Shown one piece after another: positions 11,066-23,236 of a DNA stretch of 64,000 nucleotides. A program made the position numbers and the translations under genes. The DNA is from Setoptus koraiensis. Its lineage: Eukaryota > Animalia > Arthropoda. The notes beneath the pieces are model-generated. The model made no database searches. It saw only the letters and a program-made list of their open reading frames with translations, and had not been told where the DNA came from. The stretch is from positions 23,002,001-23,066,000 of the forward strand of contig CM106586.1 of NCBI GenBank assembly GCA_048013815.1, in the 5' to 3' direction. The first letter of the stretch is position 1; every line of letters starts with the position of its first letter.

Positions 11066-13357
11066 TTAAATAATTACATCTCCTGCACCGCCATTCATGA
11101 CATATTCCTGTTGCCTATTTGTCGTTTGTCTGGCCTGTGATGTTGAACTGGCCAGATGACCAATTTGTCCAAAAGATTTTTCATTGTTGTTGGTACTATT
11201 ACTGCCACTATAATAATTATTATACCATGATCTCTTATTCCTATTTGGCTTGGCTGTAGTAGTGGTAGTGGTTGTTGTTGTTGAACTCGCTGGTCCAGTC
11301 CCCAATTTTTGCTGTTGCTTTTGTAATTGTTGTGACAGTTGCTGTTGCAATTGCTCTATAGTCAGTGTAGGCATGGAAGTAGTTTCGACATATAAAGCAT
11401 TATTTCTGTCGAAATGTTTTTCACTATTGACACAATCCACGGTATTTATATATCTACATGTGAATGTTGTCTGATCAAACAAGGTATAGTTGGGACACAG
11501 AAAATCGTATCTGTTACCGATGGCGCAATGGTGATATATCTGTGTGTGTTTAATGTACAGATAGACAGGCGAATAGAGGAAAAATATTCAAGTTTAGAAT
11601 TAGTCATTCATGATCAACAAATTCAAACACTTTTCTCTAGCTCATGGTTGCTCTTGTTAACCTACCTGACAATGGAGATCCTTGTTGGCGTAGTAACCGT
11701 CATGGCGTCCATCGCACTTGAAATCTATCTTACTTGGTACAGTGATATAAAAGGGATAATTTGTTAGATCAGCCCCTTTAAGTTCTCTTGGAAAATTCGG
11801 ATCAGCCATATAATCTATTATGCGTCCGTCTGGTCTTGGCTTGTAATCAGGCGACAACGTTACTGGAGCAGCAGTGGTTGTAGTTGTCGTACTTCTCAAT
11901 CTCGCTTTCTTGCCTTTCCCTCTTCCACCAGGTTGAGGCTTAGGTGTAGTAGTAGTTGTTGTCGTCGTTTCTTCGCCCTCGTACTCATAATAATCATCTT
12001 TGCTATCACGATATTCTGGAAATTCCTGAGGCTTTGGAGTAGTAGTTGTTGTTGTCGTTGTTGATGTTGTTCTCTGTCTAGGCCTAGGCCTCCTCGTTGT
12101 CGTCGTAGTTGTGGTAGTAGTTGTGGTAGTAGTAGTGGTTGTAGATGTAGTTGTTGATGTGCTAGTTGTGGGTGGCGCTGCACTGGTATTAGGAACGTAA
12201 GATGGATCTGGATAATTTGAGGCGTCTTGGTCGCTTAAGCCAGCTTGATTCTGGCCATTATCATCATCACTGTTGGCAATATTTGAGGACATGGTATCAC
12301 TTTCATCATTGTAATTGTTCATATTATAATTGTTGTTGTTGTTATTGTTGTTGTTGTTGTTGTTGTTGGTATCATCGTTTTGGTTGGATTGCTGTTGGTT
12401 AAGTTGCTGTTGTTGTTGGTGATGTAGCTGTAGCTGTTGTTGGATTTGTTGTTGTTGTTGCTGATGCAATTGTTGTTGCTGTTGTTGATGATGCATTTGT
12501 CGCTTGTTCTGAAATTGTTCATCAATTGTTGGCTGTTGCGCGGATAAAACAGGCGTCTGATCAAGCGGCAAATCAGTATATGGCTCCTCATTTCTATTAT
12601 GACTACTGGCCACTATTGAGGCTAATGGCAAACTATTGAGCAGCGACCTATCGGCGTTATTGTTGTAGGATCGTTCGGCGTTACTCTGGTAGGATCTATC
12701 GGACCTCTCATTCTTGTTTTGATTCTGATTGTTTATTGGCTGATTCTTATTAATATTATTATTGTTATTATTGTTATTGTTGTTGTTATTGGTGAGTGAT
12801 GATCTATCGAGCGCTTGGTTGTACAGTTGATGCCTCATAAATGATTGACTCGCACCATGGGCCGAATTTTGTGAATGCAATGGGGCTCCGGTGTTTGGAT
12901 TATTGCTGCTGATAAGATAGTTGTTGCCAGTTGGATTATTCATAGAATGAGACGTTGAGGCAATTAATTGAGCGTTTCCTCCGCCACCTGTTACACTAGC
13001 TCCAATTCCATTCAACAGAGGGGTGAGTAGTTGTTGATTTTGCGTTGAATGAAGGTAATTCTGAGATGATTGTGCTAATTGTTGCTGTGACTGGTGTTGT
13101 ATTTGTTGAAGTTGATGGCCACCACGACGAGAACTATTCGGCAATGGTTGCTGACTAATTGCAGAGTTACCTGTCATGTCATACATCCGTTGGAGTTTAG
13201 AAATAGATACGTATTTTTGTTTGGTGTTACCAATGGTGAACATAGGTTTCGAGAGATTATATGGTGTATAATTGTCGGATAATGTCTACTTACATGAGCT
13301 TAGAGAGATCACGATCGAAAGAGTGAGACCCATAAAAAATTGTGGCACTTTTTTCAT
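11066..13357 (-). CDS. Secreted Gln/Asn/Thr-rich protein with one chitin-binding type-2 (CBM14/peritrophin-A) domain, about 680 aa
   Basis: Predicted complement(join(11066..11539,11666..13170,13294..13357)). All introns are GT-AG and frame-consistent (2043 nt). Exon 1 gives the signal peptide MKKVPQFFMGLTLSIVISLSSC. The domain FKCDGRHDGYYANKDLHCQ|IYHHCAIGNRYDFLCPNYTLFDQTTFTCRYINTVDC is split by intron 2. Confidence 0.85.
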
Positions 13358-15635
13358 TTTAGGCACAATTTGGTTGTTGTTTGCTACACTATATAATGTG
13401 ACAATATAGTTAATATCAAATGATGAAATCTTATAGTTACCGCTATAATAATAATAATATTAATAATAACAATAATAATATTAACAACAATAATAATAAT
13501 GATTATATTTATCGGATAATAATGATAATAACTATAATTATTGTAAATCCGCTGCTTGGCTTACTATAGTACAACAATCCAGAACAAAGGGGTGGAAGTT
13601 ATGGTCACTTTGATGGTTATTAGCCGCGATTCTTTTTCTTATGCTGTCTGCCTAGTGCAGTTAGGTATATGCAACAATATTAAATTGATCATTTATCATC
13701 AATAGAAAGACAATGACATAATTTTTTTCTATACGGCGATGATGAAGTCTTATTAGTAATATTAATAATAATATTCAGCATGCCATCTATGTATGGGGGT
13801 CTCATGAGTAGCCTGATTTCTTCTTGACGGTGACGACGATAGGTTGTTGAGAGAAAGTTTATTGTGCGATGGTTGGCCCACGGGAGTGAGGAAATGCGTA
13901 TTTATTTATCCAAACTCCTCCTTGCCGATCAGTCAGTTTCTTTTGAGTTTGCATTACAACTTAAACTTCGTTGCTCAACATTTCTGTCTGAGTGAAGTTG
14001 CTCCCATTGATGTTATTATAGGGATAGTGGAAATGAGTAGTGGTGGTTGCGGTGGCAACAGCAACAGCAGCAGAAGCAACAACAACGGCAACAGCAAGAC
14101 GAAGCAGTTCGCAATATTTAAGAAAGTCGCTCTATGTTGTGTAAGTTCTTCAAATCCAACGAAAGCTCGAGACTGAACGAGAAAAAGAGAGCCAAGATTG
14201 CCGCCAAGCTGCGATCGCAGCAAGTCGCATCGTCTTGCACCGCTCGGTATCTTTCTTTCTCTCTCTCACTAGCTGAGTTTCTTTATTTCTTTCTGTCAGT
14301 CTGTCTTTCCAAATGTTGCGACTCAATATATAGAAAAAAGAACATAATCTCGCTATCGCTTTCACTATCTAAGATTTGTTACAGCCACACCTTGAAGCCG
14401 CGGGCGCTGCAAAGCCAACTTACCACCAGATAACTCCCATAGCTGCGATTATATAAATCCATCTTAGTCTATTTGTTCTCAGACAAATTTCCATTCCGTT
14501 GGCTCGGTTGTATAACGACATAGCTGCTAAGAACAAGTTGCAGAGAGAAAGAGAGTTATATTCTTTTGTCGAAATATTCAATGTATGTATATCTACAAGT
14601 GTGTTTGTGCAGTTGAACAATTTTTAGTCTAAGTGAACTTGCCCAACATATCACCTTGAATCTACCAGTGAGCTTAGGAAATCCACGCACTTAGTTTTGA
14701 TTTTTCATTTCTACCCTAAAAAAGAAGTTCACCGATCAAAATAACACTCTCTTATGTAATAAATTTAGAGTCTCTCAAAAATACATAGATAGCAGAGCGC
14801 CGCTGCTCGACGCGATTCGGTATTCTTTTATTTTCTCCTTGTTCAAGGATTACTTCAAATACTTACTCTCGCCAGAGTAACCTTTGGTATCTGTCACTTA
14901 TCTTAACAACACCGACATCAGCATTACAAATAATATATATATATATATATATTTATAAGTAGTTGCTATCGACAACTAGCAACTCGAACCGAATCCATTA
15001 TCACTATATATAGCTTCGCTGCAAGTTATCCAAGAAAGACTCTGATTTTGTTGCTGTTGCCCTGAGTATAAGAAGTTGTGATGCGAAAAACGACGCCGAC
15101 CTCTACAGAATAACACAGGTAAGTGGATAAGCGGTTTAACTTGGAATCACAGTCGGTTGTTCAACCTAGCTTATTGACCGTTTCAATTAGGCTCATTATA
15201 CGTTACATCAGTCGAATGTCATAGCACAACAGGTTGCAAGTTCACACATGTTCTACACCCGAGCACTCAAAGGCGATGAGATGAATCTGTGATCACGTTA
15301 TAATTCATTTATATCTCCGAGAGCCACGAAGAGTCTATTTCAAACGTGACAAACTGTACAGTTGTTGTTTTTGCAACACTTTGAACAGTCTCGTCTCAAA
15401 CAAGAGTTTTTTCGTGAGAGTCACAATACAAAATTCTTTGCCTAGACTTGATGCAAAGATAACGAAGATATGTCTGGTGCTTGCTATTGACTGGCATCAC
15501 ATATAACAGATATCAAAGATAGTGTGAAAATTCGCTTAGACGAATCATCACCGTGTTGTACAAACCGACAGATCTATTAACGGTAATTGACAGAATATCT
15601 GTGAACAACAACAAATATAGTGAGGTGTCCAAACA

Positions 15636-16415
15636 CTAAAAGGCGGCGGAATTTTTCAAAGATTCCAACTGCTTACAACAACCCCTAATAGTGTAAACTA
15701 AGTCCTGAAGGTTTGCCTCGTCGCATTCAACCTGGATACATCGACCAGTATCAAGTTTGAGTTGAATGGTGTAGAGTAATGACTGTTGGGTGGTCTTTGA
15801 ATCACTTTCTTTGTTGGTGGCATCGAGATGATGAGTGTCTTCTTTGGCTTCGGATTTTATACTTTCATCATTGAGGGGCGTAATATATGTTTGGGTCCAA
15901 GTGCAGTCTATGATACGTTCAAGTTCATCTGGATCGTTGGACAGGCGGGACAACTTTTGGGCAATGAGCGGTTTCATAGATTCAAATGCATCCAATATTT
16001 CAGAAGCAGACCGGCTAGCTGAAGTTTGTTCAGTTGAGAATGTCAAATCGTTTAGCATTTCTACGATATCATTTTTTGGACTTCTGTGTTTAACCAACTC
16101 AACAAAGAAACAATTCAGGCATGTGGCCAAGTTCAAAAATTCACTTTTGTTATAATCATAGATTTGCTGGCTGGTGGCCTCTGCGTTGGTCGCGTCCTCA
16201 CTGTCGTGATTATGATTGCTCATCGAAATCGACTGGCGACAAAATTCCACGATCCTCTTGAACCTGTCCTCTGGTACGCGTTCCAATGAGGCCAATACTT
16301 TCAGACCATCTCTGACCTGTTGACAGAATGTTACTTGAAACATCTTGTTGTTGGTGCTGTTGTAAAATCTTTCACAGTTATCGATCGGATAATAAGGGTC
16401 TACTGCAAACACCAT
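15636..16415 (-). CDS. COMMD3: COMM domain-containing protein 3
   Basis: Matches remembered COMMD3 motifs: VRDGLKVLA (~VQKGFQMLA), FVELVKHR (~ILEAGKHR), IIDCTW (~ITDVSW), CDEANLQDLVYTIRGCCKQLE (~CSMEQLQDLVGKLKDASKSLE). The ORF-track start is a GTG; the ATGs are at 16415 and 16343, and 16343 aligns with the human start. A putative 5'UTR intron lies at 16656..16428. Confidence 0.8.
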   Translation of the reverse strand: MVFAVDPYYPIDNCERFYNSTNNKMFQVTFCQQVRDGLKVLASLERVPEDRFKRIVEFCRQSISMSNHNHDSEDATNAEATSQQIYDYNKSEFLNLATCLNCFFVELVKHRSPKNDIVEMLNDLTFSTEQTSASRSASEILDAFESMKPLIAQKLSRLSNDPDELERIIDCTWTQTYITPLNDESIKSEAKEDTHHLDATNKESDSKTTQQSLLYTIQLKLDTGRCIQVECDEANLQDLVYTIRGCCKQLESLKNSAAF

Positions 16416-16908
16416 AGGTTGGTCGGCCTGTGAGTTCAGCACAAATCTTCATCCGGCCAAATTGAGGCCCAACTAGCGAGATAGAGCACTGGCACTGGCT
16501 GGCGTTACTTCGAGATTTGAATAGACACACATTTTGATTGGGTTCACATCTGGCCACCGTGCAGAGCCGCCAAATATAATTTCAACACGAGAAAAGTGCC
16601 TCAAAATGCACATATTCATGAATACCTCGCTTAATATTCACGATTTTCAAACTTACCGCTTAGAAACATGAATAGAATGTGTGCGTGTGAGGGTGTTTTC
16701 ATTGCATTGCAGAATTATAAGGATAACATGTGATGCTTATTTCTCGCATTTGCACCACAATAGATTTTGTCGTCGCCTCTGCTGGACCTCTCAACTCCAT
16801 TACATTTCATCATTATCATTATCAACAAGACACAGCTTTGTGTAATCCTACACTATTTATTATATTATATTATATTGTTATTAATCGGCTATTATAGACA
16901 CAGGAACA

Positions 16909-17691
16909 ATGGAACGCAAAATAAAACTGTCCACTCTCAATGAACACCTCAGTTGTGTTCTTTGTAAAGGATATCTGATTGAGGCCACAACCATAGTCGA
17001 ATGTTTGCATACATTCTGTAAGAGTTGCATTTATAAACATTTCATGAAGAAGAATATCACATGTCCAAAATGTAACAATATTGTTCATCAGAGTCATCCA
17101 CTAAATTACATTAGCTTTGATAGAACAATGCAGGATATTGTCTACAAATTGGTACCAAATTTAGAGGAAAAAGAAATAGCCAGAGAGAAGAGCTTCTATA
17201 AAAAGCGTGGACTGGCATACCCTAAAGAGCACCAGGCAGAAAACAATAACAATAATAGCACCTCATCAGCCAATAACAACAACAGTAACACTAATAACGG
17301 CAGCAGCAACAATAGTAGTAACAATAATAATACTAACAATAACAACAACAACAACTATAGTCGCAATCACGAACACCACGGATCAAACGCAACAAACTAT
17401 CACAGGATGGACGAGCAGATCAATCTTACTTTAGAACCTCATCATGCTTGTGATTTGAAAAATTTGAAAAAGAAGTATATCAGATGTTCTTGTCAGGCAA
17501 CCGTAACACACTTGAAGAAACTAATTGCTTTAAAATTGTACAATAATATGGACAAGCACAAAGAAGTTGACCTTCTATGCAATGATAACTTATTGGGCAA
17601 AGATCACACACTTAAATTTGTCAGCGTAACAGAATGGAGACACAGAGTTCCACCAATCAAGTTGTGTTACAGGCCCAGGGTCGACTATTGA
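16909..17691 (+). CDS. PCGF3: Polycomb group RING finger protein 3 (PCGF3 / l(3)73Ah type)
   Basis: C3HC4 RING (CVLC...[10 protein letters not shown]...CPKC), [24 protein letters not shown], and a RAWUL domain ([17 protein letters not shown]...[10 protein letters not shown]...YRP) typical of PCGF3/5. Intronless CDS. Confidence 0.92.
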   Translation: MERKIKLSTLNEHLSCVLCKGYLIEATTIVECLHTFCKSCIYKHFMKKNITCPKCNNIVHQSHPLNYISFDRTMQDIVYKLVPNLEEKEIAREKSFYKKRGLAYPKEHQAENNNNNSTSSANNNNSNTNNGSSNNSSNNNNTNNNNNNNYSRNHEHHGSNATNYHRMDEQINLTLEPHHACDLKNLKKKYIRCSCQATVTHLKKLIALKLYNNMDKHKEVDLLCNDNLLGKDHTLKFVSVTEWRHRVPPIKLCYRPRVDY

Positions 17692-18311
17692 CACTTTGAT
17701 TTTGCTAAAGCCCACATGATGATTCCAACACACATTATGAGGCGAAAGAATGTCAATAGAAGTCAATAAATGTTAAATTCAGTCTCATCCAAAATGATAT
17801 GAAGTAGCTAGTTTTATTTATTTTACAAAGATCTGTAGAAAATCACTAAATTAGTACTCTGTAAAGGCGCTATTTTATCCTGTTCACACATTGAACGGAA
17901 AAACCAATTTTATTCCAGACATTCATGTACAATGATGAAAATTCTAGTAAAAATTAACATTTTTTCCAATAAAATCTCTGAACAGGTTAAGAATAGGCCT
18001 GATCTCTCGTACCGATAACCGTTACGGCAAACAGTTAGCAATTTAGAGTTGGATCTGATTGATTTAGTTGGGTCATGCGCTGAACATAGAGTCGATTGCG
18101 CATGCGATCTCTCGCGGCTGTCCTCTGAGCTGAGGCTTGTTGGTCGCTATGTCCATCGGGGTGATATATGATCATTTCGTTATATGATGTTAGTGTATAG
18201 CCAGATTAAGTCGCGAACGTCATAGCTGGCGAATAAAAGTTTATATAGAGTTCATAATCTTCGAGTTGCAGTGTAATTTTGCACAAGGAAACCAAATGCA
18301 AACAGCTCAAA

Positions 18312-21300
18312 ATGTCATCAAATCAACTAATTGTAGTAGCAATGGTATCATCTTTTTTGCTAAACAATTGTTATATCAGTTCAAATGGGGCCCTAGCGCA
18401 AGACAACAATCAAGATGAACAGCAACAACGCCGAGACCAAGAACAGCCTAGCTCAAATGGCGACAGTTGGCAGCACTGGTGGTCGTACGATGGTATTTCC
18501 GGTGAGTTGTATGACGTCAACGTTATATATTTAGAGACATATTTTTTCGCTATTTTCCTGCTCACTGTTTGGCGACATGAGCGCGATATTGAGCAAAACA
18601 CAGTTTTGTGTTTGATTGCCAAATATCGCTAGCTGGCACTTGACTGGTATCTTGATTGAGCGTGACTGAGCCCGAAAAGTTTCTCAGTTTCGTTTCTCGC
18701 TTTCGTTTGTTTGTGAACGAAGAACAAAAGAGTAGTTTTATATATATGGCATGCAGTAGTAGTTGTAGAAGTTTGAGAGGATAGCAAGATAAAAATCAAC
18801 AGATAGCAGCGCCAACTACTGTACCTATATGTATATAAGTCATTTATGGAGCTAGCTGCACATCCGATTTGCACGTATTCTTGCGATTAGATGATAGATT
18901 AGATTGAGAGAGCGAGTTTAATTTGATTCTTTTTTAGATGTCTGCAGAACATAATGAGAGAATAATTATCTATGCATTATCAGGTACACATCTTAGTTCT
19001 CTCTAGTTTTCTCTTAGTTTTTCCAAACTGCACCACTACTACCAACTGAAACCAACTAACCAAGCAACAAACTGACTGCTGCTCAGATAGACAGACCAAC
19101 ACCAGAGATTAGCTTGCTGTTGAGTTTTTCATTTGTCATTTGTCATTTATCAGATTCACATTCTCATTCAGATTAACTTTGCGTCTTCTGCCTAGTTTGT
19201 CTGTAATGATTGTTGTAATTGTTGTTGTTGCTGTCGCTGCAGCCCGCCGCCCTTCCTCTATAGTTTATACGTTGTTTGGACGCATAAATTGGAGATTGGA
19301 ATCGCTGCTGCTGCTGCCGTGACTTTTGTACCGGTACTATATGCATATTGGTGTTGCTTGTTACGCTTGACTGATTGAGTTTGTGGTTCACATCACTTAA
19401 GTATGCTCGTCAGGATCGCACTGAGTCTCAACTGGATGTCGCTATTGATTGAGAATGACCAACGGCTCTTGTTATGTGATGTTGTTACTATTTCTTGGAT
19501 TGTTGTTGGCGTTGTTTGTAGATAGTGTTTGTTGTTTGGTCGTTTCTAAGTAGTAGTGACACTTATATCATGTCACTATACACCACTTTCACTTTACTTT
19601 TACATGTATATGACCATTGTTTATGTCCAACGCAAACACGTCTATACGGTTGTCTATGTGTATGTGTTGTGCTTATAATGTATCTTATGTTCATGACAAC
19701 AATAAACAAATAAAGCCATCAACTTTGTCACTTGTTTCTCTTTCATTTCCTTGCATGAACCCACAGCTACTTTAAGTCAAGAAACAAGACAATGATGTTT
19801 TTCATGAGTCACACACACACACACACTCACCTATCGTTGGTATCATTGAGACAGAGAGTCCATCATCAACTGTCTGGCTGGCTAACTGTTACTTTTTAAT
19901 GTAGACTGCATTGTCTGGCAGTCGCGATCAGTTCATTCATTATGTTTGCGAGTGTGTATCATAATACAAACATGGTGACAGTTATTTTGTTACAGTGAAC
20001 GAATAGCGCACAGGTCTAACGGACGGACTGATATGAAACAAAACGAAATAAGGTCATGGTGGCCGTCACAATAATAACGCAACAAAGTCTGACAAGGTTC
20101 AGATGGGCCGAGCCTTGTAGTTTTATTCTGGTCTGAGCTAGTGAATGTGTCACCCAATGGGCATCATCTATAGACCGTGGACTCGTTATGCAACTAACCA
20201 TGGATTAGTTGCATAATTTCTCGATCGGGTCTCTTGTTGTATTTGATTGTCGTTAGCAAACGATGATGGCCAGTCACATGTACAGCTAGACGCATTATTG
20301 ATTGTTAGTTGTAGTTGTAACTTTTTCATTTCGCTCTGCCTCTGTTGCCCACTGCAAGCCCAAGTAAATCATTATTATTAATGAAGCGCCAGAGCCATAA
20401 AAGTTCAATTTATTGTTTCGCTGCTGCTGTTGCTGCTGTTACTGCCGCAATTGTGATCAGATCCATTGGAGCTCGACATTGGGGCTTGATATTTTCGTTG
20501 CGACTCGGAACCGACCATAGAGCATCAATTACCTGACGCCCCCAAACACACAATGGCGGCTGGCGCACAATGGTCTTGACATTGCTCCGACTTGACGCCT
20601 GTTTATTTGTGAGACAGAGAACACTATAATTGTCGTGTTGTGTAGCCATATAATAATATAGTTGTTAGCAGTAACGGTAGCAGCAGCAGCAGCAGCAACA
20701 ACAACAATAACAACAATGGCCCCAACGGTCATTAGCATTTGTCGTGTTGTGTTGTGTGTATATATTCTATATACAGTAATAATGAGCCAACGGCCAATAG
20801 GTTAGAGATGGCCTAAATGATGGAAAAGATTTCATAAATAACTGGGCCCCATTACTCAGTAGTTGACTATTTTTATGATTATATGTCTAATGAGCTGCAT
20901 GGCTGGCCATTCAGCTACGGGGCCCCATTCTATTCTAGTATGGTTGCACTCATTAACACCTGATAGGCCAGATTTGCTAGTTAACAACAATGCTGCCTTG
21001 GCACAACACAACCAAAAAAACAATTTGTTTGTTCCTCTTGGCCTCTTTATTTGTTTGCTGCCAGTTGCCATTCTTGGCTCTGTTTGTCGTTGTGATATTG
21101 TTGTCGGCGCAATATTATGCAATATGATTCGCAAAATAAACCAACTAGTCGTTGTTGTTCAAGTTACGCTGTCTTTGCAACCCGTTGCAACCTCGTGTTC
21201 GTTGATAGTTTGATTGCTGGCCACATTAGTTTGGATACAACCAACAAACAAACAAACTTGCCTGGCCAGTGTTGAATGTAACACGTTCTCTTGAGCTTCA

Positions 21301-23197
21301 TTGTTGCACTGTGCGCATTGTTGTGCTAGCTGATGATGATGCTGGAATCGACTCAAGCTACCAGATAAAACATTAATAAGTCCCGCGTTCTTGGGCTAGC
21401 TGAAGGCAAACGAAAATGTGAGCCGACGACGATGAGGCCAGCCGGCGGATGAGGCGCCTCGCCTTTTAGGGCGCCTAAATACGCACAGCGAACGATCTTT
21501 ATATGCGCGTCATTAACTCCTCCACTCTCGTGCTTCTGCGAGATGTTGCCAGATCCATTGAATCTCTGGCATTTTGTCGTTTAGTTTGTGGCCCCGGCCA
21601 CTCGGCATCGTTTGAGAAATATCCGCACAATGGACGTTCGGTCGGGGGCCGAACTGGCCGGCTCTTAGTTTCAGAAGTGTCGCGCGTTTTTTCGTCGCGA
21701 GCCAGGGGGCTCTGGGCACGAGGAAGTGTGACCGTGTAACCGAGTGCCGCTCGATGGAATGGCCAGCAAAAAAGAATTACACAGATGATGACCGCTACCA
21801 ATTGAGCAATGGGAGAGCGGGGTGGGTGCAGATTTTACAAACTTTTCCTGTGTAAGAGAAACTTTCTCATACTTCTCATAGTTTTCGTGGTTCTGGCGGT
21901 TCTCGCGGTGCTCATAGTTTTCATAGTTATTCTCCTGCAGAGAGCAAACAATTGTAGAAAGGAAAATGATGATTTCTTCTCATATATTCTCCTTTCAATT
22001 TGTTACTCTGGTCATTTCTTTCAAATGTCATGAGCACATGTTGGCTTATTCTTCTCTCCGCTGGCTGTTCTATCGAGCGCCCCCGATAGACTCGCTACAC
22101 TGGCTCGGCCTTTTCTTGGGGGCGCTCGCTGTTTAGGTAGTAGTAAATTATCGCACGAGACAAACGGGCAAACAAATATACAGAATGATATAGAAATATA
22201 TAGAAGAAAAGGATGGATAAGTGGATGCTGGTCTTTCCATGGCAGCACTGTTGCTAGATGAACATCCAGCAAAAATTGCCGCCTCGCAGATCGTGTGTCA
22301 TGCTTGAGGTAATAGTTTTGCTGAAGCACAAACTAACACATATAAAAGAAATGGAAAAAAATTCTCATTTTAAACACTTCTGCTTTCTGCTACATCTTCC
22401 ACAGCGAGCAGACAGTCAGACAGTGCAAAATAGTTGGCCCATTCTTAGACGTTTTTCACTTGTCAATTTGTCATATTTCACTCTCTTCTTTATTCTTTCT
22501 TGTTTTTTGTTGTTGTCGATATTGACTGCGTGACGGGCTGCTGTTGTTGTTGTTGTTGTTGTTGTTGCCATGCTCATTTCACATGGCTACAAGCAATCAA
22601 ACTCATGGCCATTGTTTTGCCTCTAGAATAACATCTCAAGTCAACCTGTTTGTTGCTCAATCTAACTGCTGTTTGTTGCTGTCAAGTTGCAAACGCTAAC
22701 AGTGCCATGTTATGTAATAACGTGTCACGGCACGCAAGCTTTATACAAGCGTTATTATTGTTAATTTAAATTGTGCATTGTATTTGTCTTAATTGCATCA
22801 CTTATTATTGCAGGGCCTGAATATTGGAGTATAAACAGTAATTGGAAATTGTGCGAATTAGGAATGCGACAATCACCAATCAACATTGAATTGGACAAGC
22901 TCCTTTATGATCCCAATCTGGATCCTATAGAAGTGTCTATAGACAAGCCAAAGATTTCTACCACCGCCACCAACAGCAACAACAACAACAACAACAACAA
23001 GCAGCAACAATCTGGCACCAACGCAAAGGTAAGTTGCCCCCAAAATAGCCTCAAGTCGGCCGAGTCGCTTGGCAGTCGACAATGGCGGCAGTGGCGGCAG
23101 TTGGCAGGGGGGAGGGGGAGCTTCTCATAAGATGCACAACTGGCGTCGGGCCCTTAGGCTAATTGGCATCTAATTAGATCTATTCCCCAAGCGTGCT

Positions 23198-23236
<39 letters not shown>

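Noticed and set aside
13975-14223. Leu-rich minus-strand ORF as the possible signal exon of the CBM14 gene
   Set aside because: It has no ATG, and a better ATG-initiated, splice-compatible signal exon exists at 13294-13357.
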